Positions 49,347-59,575 are shown, numbered from the stretch's first letter. The stretch is DNA of 64,000 bases from an uncultured Blautia sp. (GCA_900539145.1 UQAX01000009.1:8035-72034), one strand, 5' to 3'. Notes: generated by a model from the letters alone, not told the origin. Program-made: numbers and translations.

Positions 49347-51090
49347 ATGATTAAAAAAAGACTAATCGGACTTCTAAAAGAGTCTAAAAAATATATTGTT
49401 CAAAATGTACTTTGGCAGTGGCTGGGATTATTGGCACAGATAGTGGCAATTTTAGCCATAGGACAGCTTTTGAATACTGCCATATTTGGTAGTATAACCG
49501 GCAGACAGCTTTTTCTGACGGGGATGATATGCGTAAGTGTTATTTTCCTTAGAATGATAAGCGACAAGAAAGCAGCAGAGGCTTCGTTTCTGGCAAGCTC
49601 TGACGTAAAAAGAGTTTTGCGTGAAAAGATATATGAAAAACTGGTACGCCTCGGCTCATCTTATAAAGAACAGATTTCTACTTCTGAGGTGGTACAGCTT
49701 TCTGTGGAAGGTGTGGAACAGTTAGAAACGTATTTTGGAAGATACTTACCGCAGTTTTTTTACAGTTTATTAGCGCCTGTTACGCTATTTGCGGTACTCT
49801 CCTTTATCAGTTGGAAAGCAAGTCTGGTACTTCTCGTTTGTGTGCCTCTTATTCCTCTTTCTATTGTGGCGGTACAGAAATTTGCCAAAAGACTTTTGAA
49901 AAAATATTGGGGCAGTTATACGGAATTAGGCGACAGCTTTCTGGAAAATTTACAGGGGCTTACAACACTGAAAATTTACCAGTCTGACGAAAGAAAAGCG
50001 CAGGAAATGGATGAAGAAGCAGAAAAGTTCAGAAGCATTACCATGAAAGTGCTGACTATGCAGTTAAATTCCATCAGCGTTATGGATTTAGTGGCTTACG
50101 GAGGAGCTGCCATTGGAATGATTGTTGTGGTAAGGGAATACATAGCCGGAAGCTTGGGGTTTTGCAGGAGCTTTTGCTATTTTACTGTTGGCAGCGGAGT
50201 TTTTTATTCCTCTGCGTTTGCTGGGCTCTTTCTTTCACATTGCAATGAATGGGATGGTAGCCAGTGATAAAATTTTCCGACTGTTGGATATGCCGGAAAG
50301 AGAACAGGGAACAGAAGAAGCTTCGGGAGAGAACTTAGACATCACATTTGAAAAGGTGAGCTTTTCCTACGAAAAAGAACGTCCGATTTTAAAAAATGTG
50401 AGCTTCCATATTTCAAAGGGACAATTCGTTTCTCTGGTAGGAGAGTCAGGGTGTGGAAAAAGCACAGTTGCTTCTTTGATTTTGGGAAGAAACAGACAGT
50501 ATGAGGGACGCATTTTGCTGGGAGGCATGGATTTAAAGAAGATAAAAGAAAAGAGCTTAATGGAGCATGTTACTTTAGTAAGACACAACAGTTATCTGTT
50601 TAAAGGAACAGTAGAGGAAAATCTTCTCATGGGAAATCCCAATGCCACACAGGAGGAAATGACAGAAGCATTAAAAAAAGTAAACTTATGGGAGTTTTTG
50701 AAAGGGCAGGAAGGTCTTTCTACAAAGCTGGCAGAAAAAGGAAGCAATTTCTCAGGCGGGCAGTGCCAGAGACTTTGTATTGCCAGAGCGTTGCTCCACG
50801 ACACAGAAATTTATATTTTCGATGAAGCAGCATCCAATATTGATGTGGAAAGTGAAGAAATTATTATGGATGTCATTCGCCGATTAGCAGAAACAAAAAC
50901 AGTGCTTCTGATTTCACATAGATTGGCAAACGTGAAAAAATCCCATTGCATCTATGTTTTGAAAGAAGGAAAAATTGTAGAAAAAGGAACACACAAAGAA
51001 TTACTGGAACAGCAGGGAGCATATAAGGAAATGTATACGACACAGAAAAATCTGGAAAATTATGGATTAGAACAGGAGGCATCAGCATGA
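49347..51090 (+). pseudogene. cydD: CydD-like thiol-reductant ABC exporter (permease/ATPase fusion) interrupted by a +1 frameshift in a GGGGTTTT homopolymer near 50156-50163
   Basis: ORF 49347..50267 encodes the transmembrane domain and ORF 50146/50188..51090 encodes the rest (…GFAGAFAILLLAAEFFIPLR…, Walker A GESGCGKST, signature FSGGQCQR). Joining them needs the removal of one nucleotide in the run ggggtttt. This is either an authentic pseudogene or an assembly error. Confidence 0.6.
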
Positions 51091-52736
51091 AAAGAAGAAG
51101 CGGAATAAAAGTCATGGGACAGCTTATCGGTCTTATCCTGCCACTTTTACATGTTATGCTGGCAGCAATTTTTTTAGGTGTAGCCGGTTTTTTATGCGCT
51201 ATTTTTCTTACGATTTTGGCGGGAACAGCTCTGATGTATTTTGACACACCGGCGATTGTGATAATCCATATTAAGATTTTAATTGCATTTGCGGTTTTAA
51301 GGGGTATTCTTCACTATGCAGAGCAGGCATGCAACCATTATATTGCTTTTAAATTACTGGCAATTATCCGTCATAAGGTGTTTGTCGCTCTTAGGAAGCT
51401 GTGTCCGGCAAAATTAGAGGGCAAGGACAAAGGAAACTTAATTTCGATTATTACCAATGATATTGAGCTTTTAGAAGTTTTTTATGCACATACCATTTCC
51501 CCTATTGTCATTGCATTTTCTACCTCCCTTATTATGGTAGTTTTTATTGGAAGATACCATATTTATGCAGGTATTTGGGCGCTTGTTTCTTATCTTTTGG
51601 TAGGCGTGGGCGTACCGCTGTGGAATGGAAGAAAAAGTGCTTCTACGGGAATGGAATTTCGTTCCGGCATTGGAGAATTAAACAGTTATGTATTGAATTC
51701 TCTCAGAGGCTTGGAAGAAACCATACAGTATGGGCAGGAAGAAAGCAGAAAACAGGGAATGTCTGAAAAATCACTGGAACTGTTGAAAAAGCAAAAAGAG
51801 TTAAACCGTATGGAAGGAAACACAAGAGCAGTTACCAATTTGTTGATTTTACTCAGCTCTTTTGGAATGCTATTTTTTACTTTATTCCTTTATAAAAATC
51901 AGCAGATGAGCATAGATGCAGTAGTTCTATGTACAATCTCTATGATGGGTTCTTTCGGACCGGTTGTGGCGCTTTCTAACCTTTCCAATAACTTAAATCA
52001 GACGCTGGCAAGCGGAGGACGTGTATTGTCTATTTTGGAAGAAGCGCCGAAGGTGGAAGAAGTTTTCGGACAGAAAGAAGTAAGTTTTGAAAATGCGTCT
52101 TGTGAGCAGGTGACATTTTCTTATGAAGATGAAGTGATTTTAAAAGATTACAGCATTTCTCTGCCAAAAGGAAAAATTATCGGTATTCACGGGAAAAGCG
52201 GTTCAGGAAAATCTACACTTTTAAAATTGTTTATGCGCTTTTGGGATGCAGATAAAGGGGCAGTAAACATTTCGGGAACAAATGTAAAGGACATCAATAC
52301 AAAAAATCTCCGTGATATGGAAGCCTATGTAACACAGGAAACCTATTTGTTTCATGACACCATAGCAAATAATATTAAGCTTGCAAAGCCGGAGGCATCT
52401 CAGGAGGAAATTATAGAGGCGGCGAAAAAAGCATCCCTTCATAGCTTTATTGAAAAGCTTCCCAAAGGCTACGATACACAGGTGGGAGAATTGGGAGACA
52501 TCCTTTCCGGCGGAGAACGCCAGCGAATTGGAATTGCCAGAGCATTTCTTCATCAAGCTCCGTTTCTTATGCTGGACGAGCCGACCAGCAATTTAGACTC
52601 TTTAAATGAGGGCATGATATTAAAAGCATTGAAAGAAGAATGTAGAGAAAAAACAGTGGTGTTGGTATCTCATAGACAGTCTACTATGAAGATTGCAGAT
52701 AAAGTGTATGAGATGGAAAACGGAAGGATTTCTTAA
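51087..52736 (+). CDS. cydC: CydC-like ABC transporter ATP-binding/permease protein
   Basis: 549 aa with a six-TM domain plus NBD (Walker A GKSGSGKST, signature LSGGERQR). ATGA overlap with the upstream gene. Confidence 0.75.
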   Translation: MKRRSGIKVMGQLIGLILPLLHVMLAAIFLGVAGFLCAIFLTILAGTALMYFDTPAIVIIHIKILIAFAVLRGILHYAEQACNHYIAFKLLAIIRHKVFVALRKLCPAKLEGKDKGNLISIITNDIELLEVFYAHTISPIVIAFSTSLIMVVFIGRYHIYAGIWALVSYLLVGVGVPLWNGRKSASTGMEFRSGIGELNSYVLNSLRGLEETIQYGQEESRKQGMSEKSLELLKKQKELNRMEGNTRAVTNLLILLSSFGMLFFTLFLYKNQQMSIDAVVLCTISMMGSFGPVVALSNLSNNLNQTLASGGRVLSILEEAPKVEEVFGQKEVSFENASCEQVTFSYEDEVILKDYSISLPKGKIIGIHGKSGSGKSTLLKLFMRFWDADKGAVNISGTNVKDINTKNLRDMEAYVTQETYLFHDTIANNIKLAKPEASQEEIIEAAKKASLHSFIEKLPKGYDTQVGELGDILSGGERQRIGIARAFLHQAPFLMLDEPTSNLDSLNEGMILKALKEECREKTVVLVSHRQSTMKIADKVYEMENGRIS

Positions 52737-52745
52737 AAGAGTAAA

Positions 52746-52890
52746 AAGCTATCGCATTATGTGATAATCAAAAAATCTATACATTTTTAGCGAATTTGTC
52801 GAGCACGCTTTGAGATTATAAGCTCAAAGTGAGCGCAGACTGAGCATAAAATGTATAGATTTTCTTGATATAAGTTTAAAACGATAGCTT
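52746..52890. repeat. nested palindromic intergenic repeat (reverse-orientation copy of the 13875 element); it also serves as the terminator of the cydC-like gene
   Basis: The outer stem is aagctatcg…cgatagctt. The inner element at 52769-52864 is bounded by AAAATCTATACATTTT / AAAATGTATAGATTTT inverted repeats. Its core, when reverse-complemented, reads ATGCTCAGTCTGCGCTCACTTTGAGCTTATAATCTCAAAGCGTGCTCGACAAATTCGCT, nearly identical to 13915-13975. A T-run follows. Confidence 0.7.
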
Positions 52891-52917
52891 CTTTTCTCGA
52901 TAAACAAAATTTAATTT

Positions 52918-53514
52918 TTACAAGGTCTTATAAACATCCGCCAGCATATTAACCAGAAAATCCTGAGAAAATCGGCTTGTGTCAACGCATAGCTGGTAAT
53001 TATCCAGATTATTCCATTTCTGGTCGGTGAAAAATTCGTAGTAAGATTTACGGGTTTTATCCATCTTTTTCACAAGGGCACGGGCGCTTTTTTCTTCTCT
53101 GCCCAAGCGTTCCATAACTGCTTTGACACGATACTCATAAGGGGCATATACGAAAAGACTCAGGCAATCATCGCCCAGTATATAATTGGCACAGCGTCCT
53201 ACAATGATACAGTCTTCTGTTTTGCCAAGGCGTTCAATAATTTTGGACTCTGTTTCAAAAAGAACATCATTCATAGGATGAAAATGATACTGTGGCTGCA
53301 TCTGCATTTGCTCGTTGATGGGAAGTCTCCACTGATTGGCTTTCTTTTCGTCTACTTTCAGCAGTTCCTCGTAAGGAATATCGTTTTCCTTGCTGGCAAG
53401 GCGGATAAGCTCATGGTCATAGAAGTGTATTCCCAGCTTGTTTGCCAGTGCTTTTCCTAAAAGACGTCCGCCGCTTCCATACATACGATTGATAGTAATA
53501 ATACGATGACTCAT
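52918..53514 (-). CDS. cytidylate kinase-like family protein (P-loop)
   Basis: About 198 aa with a P-loop (MYGSGGRLLGK). I chose the ATG preceded by AGGAGGG at 7 nt over the upstream GTG. Confidence 0.65.
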   Translation of the reverse strand: MSHRIITINRMYGSGGRLLGKALANKLGIHFYDHELIRLASKENDIPYEELLKVDEKKANQWRLPINEQMQMQPQYHFHPMNDVLFETESKIIERLGKTEDCIIVGRCANYILGDDCLSLFVYAPYEYRVKAVMERLGREEKSARALVKKMDKTRKSYYEFFTDQKWNNLDNYQLCVDTSRFSQDFLVNMLADVYKTL

Positions 53515-53753
53515 ACGAAACCCTCCTTTTTTAACGTTCACTTTATATGATAAATTATAACACGAATAGTCCGAAAATTCCAGAAAAAATAAATAAATGT
53601 ACGAAATATATTTAGGGAGATAAAGACATAAACTGCCCTTTTAGGCAAAAAATCGTCTTTCTAAAGGCTAGAAGGTTGCTTTTTTTAGGGATTTATATTA
53701 TATTAAGTTAGGTAATGTCATTTTGGAGATGGCAGTATAAAGGAGAATAGAAT

Positions 53754-55310
53754 ATGGAGAATACAAATAGCAAAAAAAAGATGAGCTCGGCAAAACGAAA
53801 GAAAAAGCGTGTTCGAAAAGCTTTTCGTATAGCCGGTGAGATTTTGGTTGGAATTCAAATTCTTGCGACTCTTGTTTTTATCGGCTTCACATGGAGATTG
53901 GGAATAATTCCTGCCAAGTATGTAGTGGGGTTTGCGGCATTACTTCTTGTTTTTGCGGCATTGCTTTTTACCATGCAGGTTGTAACCAGAGGAAAAGCGA
54001 TTGTCAGTAAAATTGTCAGTGTTCTGATGTCGGCTGTTTTGATATTCGGTTCGGTATATGTGTATCAGACACACGATGCTATTGAGGATATCAGTGGAGA
54101 TACCCTTGGAAAACAGGTACATAGTGTGCTGGTCGTAGTCAGAAAAGATGATGAGGCAGAAAAAGTATGGGATACCAAGGATTATGTTTATGGTGTCCAG
54201 TCAATAGAAGATGACAGCGAAATGGCAGAGGCAATGAAAAAGGTCAATGCCGATGCAGGGAAAGAAGTTTTGACAAAGGAATTTGATACCTTAAACGATC
54301 AGGTGGCAGGTCTGTTAAGCGAAACCGTAGATGCGATTGTGTATGACGAAAGCTTCAGCGGAATTATCGAGGAAGTAAATGAGAATTATAACAGCAAAGT
54401 AAAAGTCATTGCACAGTACAGCATTGAGAGCAAGAGCGACAGCATGACACAGGGAGTTTCTCCTGACGTAAACGTAAAGGACGAACCGTTCAGTATGTTT
54501 ATCAGCGGTATTGACGTCTATGGTCCGATTTCTTCAAAGAGCAGAAGTGATGTAAATATTATTGCAACCGTCAATCCTGAGACAAAGCAGATTTTGCTTA
54601 CCAATACACCGAGAGACTTCTATGTAACAATTCCTGAGGTGTCAGGTGAGAAAAAGGATAAGCTGACACATGCGGGTATTTACGGCGTAGATAAGTCCAT
54701 GGCGGCTTTAGAAGAATTATATGATATTGAAATTCCGTTTTATACAAGAGTAAACTTTACTTCTTTGATTACTATGGTTGACTTAATGGGCGGCGTAGAT
54801 GTAGAGTCAGAATTTGAATTTACTACAAGCGGCGCCGGTGGTGAGATTATGGATGTAAAGAAGGGCATCAATCACTTTAACGGTGCACAGGCGCTTTCTT
54901 TTGCCAGAGAACGTTATAATGTTCCGGGCGGAGACAACCAGAGAGGTAAGGACCAGATGGCTGTTATTCAGGCCATGTTTAAGAAAATGATTACTCCGGA
55001 AATGCTGGTAAAAGCGCCAAAGATGATTTCCGAAGTAAGCAACAGCGTAGAAACCAATATGTCTATGGAACAGATACAAAGATTAATTCAAAGTCAGATT
55101 GACAATGGCGGAGAATGGACGATTAAATCTGTTGCAGCAGAGGGTACAGGGGATCAGGCATTTTGTTACTCTGCACCGGGTACTGCTTTGTATGTTACAA
55201 ATCCGGATGAAACTTCGGTTGCGAACATTAAAGTGCTGATGGACAAGGTGGAAAACGGTGAAATGCTTCCAAGCGACACGCCAAATGAAACAGGGGAAGC
55301 AGTAGAATAA
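53754..55310 (+). CDS. LCP family (LytR-CpsA-Psr) cell-envelope-polymer transferase, with N-terminal membrane anchor and an extended C-terminus
   Basis: 518 aa. The LCP core motifs are present (…NIIATVNPETKQILLTNTPRDFYVTIP…GEKKDKLTHA…RVNFTSLITMVDLMGGVDV…). Confidence 0.8.
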   Translation: MENTNSKKKMSSAKRKKKRVRKAFRIAGEILVGIQILATLVFIGFTWRLGIIPAKYVVGFAALLLVFAALLFTMQVVTRGKAIVSKIVSVLMSAVLIFGSVYVYQTHDAIEDISGDTLGKQVHSVLVVVRKDDEAEKVWDTKDYVYGVQSIEDDSEMAEAMKKVNADAGKEVLTKEFDTLNDQVAGLLSETVDAIVYDESFSGIIEEVNENYNSKVKVIAQYSIESKSDSMTQGVSPDVNVKDEPFSMFISGIDVYGPISSKSRSDVNIIATVNPETKQILLTNTPRDFYVTIPEVSGEKKDKLTHAGIYGVDKSMAALEELYDIEIPFYTRVNFTSLITMVDLMGGVDVESEFEFTTSGAGGEIMDVKKGINHFNGAQALSFARERYNVPGGDNQRGKDQMAVIQAMFKKMITPEMLVKAPKMISEVSNSVETNMSMEQIQRLIQSQIDNGGEWTIKSVAAEGTGDQAFCYSAPGTALYVTNPDETSVANIKVLMDKVENGEMLPSDTPNETGEAVE

Positions 55311-55349
55311 GAAAAAAACACAACTGACGAAAGTCAGGAACGATATTAT

Positions 55350-55582
55350 GATAGAGGTGCAGGTTTCAAGAGTACCCTTTTGCAAGGCAGGGCAGCCGCA
55401 GGAGGGGAAAGGGGAAGCTGCCGAAGTGGGAAAATCTGCCCGAGATTTTCCTGCTGGGACATGGTATAAGATATCATGTACTGTCACGACAAGTGGAGCG
55501 CTATCATCATTGGTCATACTCAATAGATTTCGGTAAAACCATGAATGCGTTCCCAGCAGGGAGTATCGTTCATGGTTTTTTT
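55350..55582 (+). promoter_or_regulatory. lysine riboswitch (L-box) with intrinsic terminator
   Basis: Conserved L-box segments are present: GAGGTGC…AGAGTACC, CTGCCGAAGTGGGAAA and ACTGTCACGACAAGTGGAGCGCTATC. The terminator aaccatgaa…ttcatggtt + TTTTTTT is at 55536-55582. The regulated gene is an NhaC-family transporter. Confidence 0.7.
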
Positions 55583-55613
55583 ATACATTAAAACAAAGAA
55601 AGGAAAATTGATT

Positions 55614-57230
55614 ATGACAAAGAAAAGAAAACTTTTTACCGGTATGGCAATTTTTATGCTGCTTATGATGACCTTTGCAGTCACTGTATTTGCCGGAGGT
55701 GAGACGGAAGCGCCAAAACCGCAGATGTATGCTACTTTTTGGTCTTTAGTACCTCCTGTTGTAGCCATTGTTTTGGCATTGATTACAAAAGAGGTTTACA
55801 GCTCTTTATTTATCGGTATTTTAGTAGGAGCTTTATTCTCAGCAGATTTTGGATTTGAGAAAACAGTAAACAATATTTTGGAAGGTGGCTTTATTAAGGT
55901 CCTTTCCGACTCTTACAATGTAGGTATTTTAATCTTTTTAGTGATTTTGGGAACGATGGTGTGCATGATGAACCATGCTGGCGGTTCAGCGGCTTTCGGC
56001 AAGTGGGCAAGCACCCATATTAAAACAAGAGTCGGCGCACAGATTGCAACGATTTTACTGGGTATGCTGATTTTCGTAGATGATTATTTTAACTGTCTGA
56101 CGGTAGGAAGCGTTATGAAGCCTATTACAGACAAGCACAATGTTTCAAAAGCAAAATTTGCATATTTAATTGACTCCACAGCAGCACCGATTTGTATCAT
56201 TGCTCCTATTTCTTCATGGGCAGCCGCAGTCAGCGGATTTGTGGAAGGGGAAGACGGTCTGGCAATTTTCATGAGAGCAATTCCGTATAACTTCTATGCG
56301 CTTCTTACCATTGTTATGATGTTTGGTCTGGTACTGATGAGAGTGGATTTCGGTTCTATGGCAATCCATGAAGCAAACGCTTTAAAGGGAGATATTTATA
56401 CAACAGGAAAGCGAGTGGATGAAGAAGTTTCAGAGAAAAAACCAAATCCAAGAGGAAAAGTAATTGATTTGGTAGTGCCTATTCTGGTTCTGATTGTTTG
56501 TTGTATTATCGGTATGATTTACACTGGGGGATTTTTCAGTGGAACGGATTTTGTAACAGCGTTTTCCAAAAGTGATGCTTCATTAGCATTATCTATCGGA
56601 AGTGTATTTGCTTTTCTGATTACAGTTGTTTTTTATGTTGCAAGACGTGTGCTGTCCTTCAGAGACTGCATGGACTGTCTTCCTGACGGATTTAAGGCAA
56701 TGGTGCCGGCAATTTTGATTTTAACCTTTGCATGGACATTAAAAGCCATGACAGACAGTCTGGGAGCAGACGTTTTCGTGGCAACAGCTATGGAAAGCGT
56801 AGCAGGAGGTCTGATGAATTTACTTCCGGCGATTATCTTTATCGTAGGCTGTCTGCTGGCATTTGCAACAGGAACTTCATGGGGAACTTTCGGTATCTTA
56901 ATTCCGATTGTTGTAGCTGTTTTTGGAGAAAGTAATCCGCAGCTTATGATTATTTCTATTTCTGCATGTATGGCAGGCGCAGTGTGCGGAGACCATTGCT
57001 CACCGATTTCTGATACCACGATTATGGCATCCGCAGGGGCTCAGTGTAATCATGTAAATCATGTTTCCACACAGCTTCCTTATGCAGTGACAGTAGCCGG
57101 TGTAAGCTTTGTTACCTACATTATTGCGGGCTTTGTTCAGTCTGCATGGATTGCCCTTCCGGCGGGAATTCTTATGATGCTCGGCGTTTTAGCAGTTATT
57201 AAATATAATCACAAAAATAAAAATAGATAA
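55614..57230 (+). CDS. Na+/H+ antiporter NhaC family transporter (probable lysine-regulated amino acid/cation transporter)
   Basis: About 538 aa polytopic membrane protein. ATG 55614 sits after AAAGGAAAA. The ORF-track start at 55545 would read through the riboswitch terminator. Confidence 0.75.
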   Translation: MTKKRKLFTGMAIFMLLMMTFAVTVFAGGETEAPKPQMYATFWSLVPPVVAIVLALITKEVYSSLFIGILVGALFSADFGFEKTVNNILEGGFIKVLSDSYNVGILIFLVILGTMVCMMNHAGGSAAFGKWASTHIKTRVGAQIATILLGMLIFVDDYFNCLTVGSVMKPITDKHNVSKAKFAYLIDSTAAPICIIAPISSWAAAVSGFVEGEDGLAIFMRAIPYNFYALLTIVMMFGLVLMRVDFGSMAIHEANALKGDIYTTGKRVDEEVSEKKPNPRGKVIDLVVPILVLIVCCIIGMIYTGGFFSGTDFVTAFSKSDASLALSIGSVFAFLITVVFYVARRVLSFRDCMDCLPDGFKAMVPAILILTFAWTLKAMTDSLGADVFVATAMESVAGGLMNLLPAIIFIVGCLLAFATGTSWGTFGILIPIVVAVFGESNPQLMIISISACMAGAVCGDHCSPISDTTIMASAGAQCNHVNHVSTQLPYAVTVAGVSFVTYIIAGFVQSAWIALPAGILMMLGVLAVIKYNHKNKNR

Positions 57231-57357
57231 TTGATATTAAATTTAGAAAAATAGCAATATATATAAAAAAAATCGCAAGATGAGCATAGAAATTTTGTGG
57301 AATATTGTATATCCTTAGTGTATAACAAAATGCTTTGAAAATGCGAAAGGAGAAAAC

Positions 57358-59523
57358 ATGAGCGAAACAAATTTTAAAGGTCGTGTAACCATTCCGACAG
57401 ACGTGGACGTGGTACCGGAAACTCTGGAACTGGTAAAAAGATGGGGAGCAGACGCTATCCGTGATTGTGACGGAACAGACTATCCGGAAGAATTAAAAAA
57501 TGTAGATGCAAAAGTATATTCTACTTACTATACAACAAGAAAAGACAATGAATGGGCAAAGGCAAATCCGGATGAAATTCAGCAGATGTACATTATGACA
57601 CCATTCTACACAGCAGTAGACAGTGAGTTATCCATTCATCTGATGAACCACCTCTATCCTGATATGCTGAAAGTAAATTCTCATGACGATATTACACGTT
57701 GGTGGGAAGTTATCGACAGAACAACAGGAGAAGTAGTTCCTGTAACACAGTGGGATTACAGCGAAGAAACAGGTGACGTGACAATCCACGATGCAAAGGC
57801 ATTTCACGATTATACAGTCAGCTTCTTAGCTTACATTATGTGGGATCCGGTACACATGTACAATGCCGTTACAAACGGATGGACAAACTTTGAAAAACAG
57901 ATTACATTTGATGTTCGTCAGCCGAAAACAAAAGAATACTCCATGAAACGTCTTCGTAAATTTATTGAAGATAACCCACATGTAGATGTTATTCGTTACA
58001 CAACTTTCTTCCATCAGTTCACATTGATTTTCGATGAACTGGCAAGAGAAAAATATGTAGACTGGTACGGATATTCTGCTTCGGTAAGTCCATATATTCT
58101 GGAACAGTTTGAGCAGGAAGTAGGATATAAATTCAGACCGGAATTTATCATTGACCAGGGTTATATGAATAACACATACAGAATTCCATCTAAAGAGTTC
58201 ACAGATTTCCAGGCATTCCAGAGAAGAGAAGTTGCTAAACTTGCAAAAGAAATGGTTGATATTACACATGAATGCGGTAAAGAAGCAATGATGTTCTTAG
58301 GTGACCACTGGATTGGTATGGAGCCATTTATGGACGAATTTAAGAACGTTGGTCTTGACGCAGTAGTAGGAAGTGTAGGAAATGGTTCTACTTTACGTCT
58401 GATTAGTGATATCAAGGGTGTAAAATATACAGAGGGACGTTTCCTTCCATATTTCTTCCCGGATACATTCCATGAAGGCGGAGATCCTGTAAAAGAAGCA
58501 AAAGTAAACTGGGTAACAGCAAGACGTGCAATTTTAAGAAGCCCAATCGATCGTATTGGTTACGGCGGATACTTAAAACTGGCTATGGAATTCCCAGAAT
58601 TCATCGATTATGTAGAAAGCGTATGTAACGAATTCAGAACACTGTATGATAACATTAAAGGAACAACTCCATATTGCATGAAGAAAGTTGCTGTTTTAAA
58701 CAGCTGGGGTAAAATGCGTGCTTGGGGTAACCACATGGTACATCACGCAATTTACTACAAACAGAACTACTCTTATGCGGGAATTATTGAATCATTGAGT
58801 GGAGCTCCATTTGATGTGAAGTTCATCAGCTTTGATGATATTAGAAATACTCCTGAAATTCTGGACGATATTGATGTTGTATTAAATGTAGGTGGTGCAT
58901 ATACAGCATACACAGGCGGAGACAACTGGGCAGATGAAAAAGTTGTAACAGCAGTGAAGAAATTCATCTACAATGGCGGTGGATTTATCGGTGTAGGCGA
59001 ACCTACAGCATACCAGCATGAAGGACGTTACTTCCAGTTAGCAGGTGTTATGGGTGTTGAAAAAGAAACAGGATTTACTCTTAACACAGATAAATACAAC
59101 TGGGAAGAACATGATCACTTTATTATCGAAGACTGTAAAGGTGATGTTGATTTCGGTGAAGGACAGAAAGCAATCTATGCTCTGCCGGAAGCAACCATTA
59201 TCAAACAGAAAGATCAGGAAGTACAGATGGCTGTCAATGAATTCGGAGAAGGAAGAAGCGTTTACATCAGCGGTCTTCCATATAGCTTTGAAAACAGCCG
59301 TATCCTTTACAGAGCAATTATCTGGGCTTCTCATGATGAAGAAAACCTTCATAGATGGTTCTCTGACAACTACAATGTAGAAGTTCACGCTTATGTAAAA
59401 AATGGCAAATACTGTGTTGTAAACAATACTTACGAGCCACAGGATACTACGGTATACAAAGGCGATGGAACAAGCTTTGATTTACATCTGGAAGCAAACG
59501 AAATTAAATGGTACGAAATCTAA
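57358..59523 (+). CDS. lnpA: GH112 1,3-beta-galactosyl-N-acetylhexosamine phosphorylase (lacto-N-biose / galacto-N-biose phosphorylase)
   Basis: 721 aa, colinear with Bifidobacterium LnpA (…WGADAIR.CDGT…WEVIDRTTGEVV…EYTVSFLAYIMWDPVHMYN…KEAMMFLGDHWIGMEPF…GVKYTEGRFLPYFFPDTFHEGGDP…ARRAILRSPIDRIGYGGYL…VLNSWGKMR.W…SYYGIIESLSG…FISFDD…). AGGAGA ribosome-binding site. Confidence 0.85.
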   Translation: MSETNFKGRVTIPTDVDVVPETLELVKRWGADAIRDCDGTDYPEELKNVDAKVYSTYYTTRKDNEWAKANPDEIQQMYIMTPFYTAVDSELSIHLMNHLYPDMLKVNSHDDITRWWEVIDRTTGEVVPVTQWDYSEETGDVTIHDAKAFHDYTVSFLAYIMWDPVHMYNAVTNGWTNFEKQITFDVRQPKTKEYSMKRLRKFIEDNPHVDVIRYTTFFHQFTLIFDELAREKYVDWYGYSASVSPYILEQFEQEVGYKFRPEFIIDQGYMNNTYRIPSKEFTDFQAFQRREVAKLAKEMVDITHECGKEAMMFLGDHWIGMEPFMDEFKNVGLDAVVGSVGNGSTLRLISDIKGVKYTEGRFLPYFFPDTFHEGGDPVKEAKVNWVTARRAILRSPIDRIGYGGYLKLAMEFPEFIDYVESVCNEFRTLYDNIKGTTPYCMKKVAVLNSWGKMRAWGNHMVHHAIYYKQNYSYAGIIESLSGAPFDVKFISFDDIRNTPEILDDIDVVLNVGGAYTAYTGGDNWADEKVVTAVKKFIYNGGGFIGVGEPTAYQHEGRYFQLAGVMGVEKETGFTLNTDKYNWEEHDHFIIEDCKGDVDFGEGQKAIYALPEATIIKQKDQEVQMAVNEFGEGRSVYISGLPYSFENSRILYRAIIWASHDEENLHRWFSDNYNVEVHAYVKNGKYCVVNNTYEPQDTTVYKGDGTSFDLHLEANEIKWYEI

Positions 59524-59536
59524 GATAGAAACAAAA

Positions 59537-59575
59537 AAAGAAGTCGTAGAAATTACGGCTTCTTTTTTTTTCGGT
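59537..59575 (+). terminator. rho-independent terminator after lnpA (overlaps the 3' end of the convergent AraC gene)
   Basis: The stem gaagtcgta / tacggcttc is followed by TTTTTTTTT. The same T-run encodes the KKKK tail of the minus-strand AraC protein. Confidence 0.65.

Noticed and set aside
12200-52900. The repeated hairpin elements as a possible CRISPR array
   Set aside because: The copies are tens of kilobases apart, not regularly spaced, and differ in orientation. There are no cas genes, and no short direct-repeat/spacer periodicity occurs anywhere in the window.
55545-55613. Upstream start at 55545 for the NhaC-family gene
   Set aside because: That extension would translate through the lysine-riboswitch terminator hairpin and its T-run. 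ATG 55614 has an appropriate ribosome-binding site.
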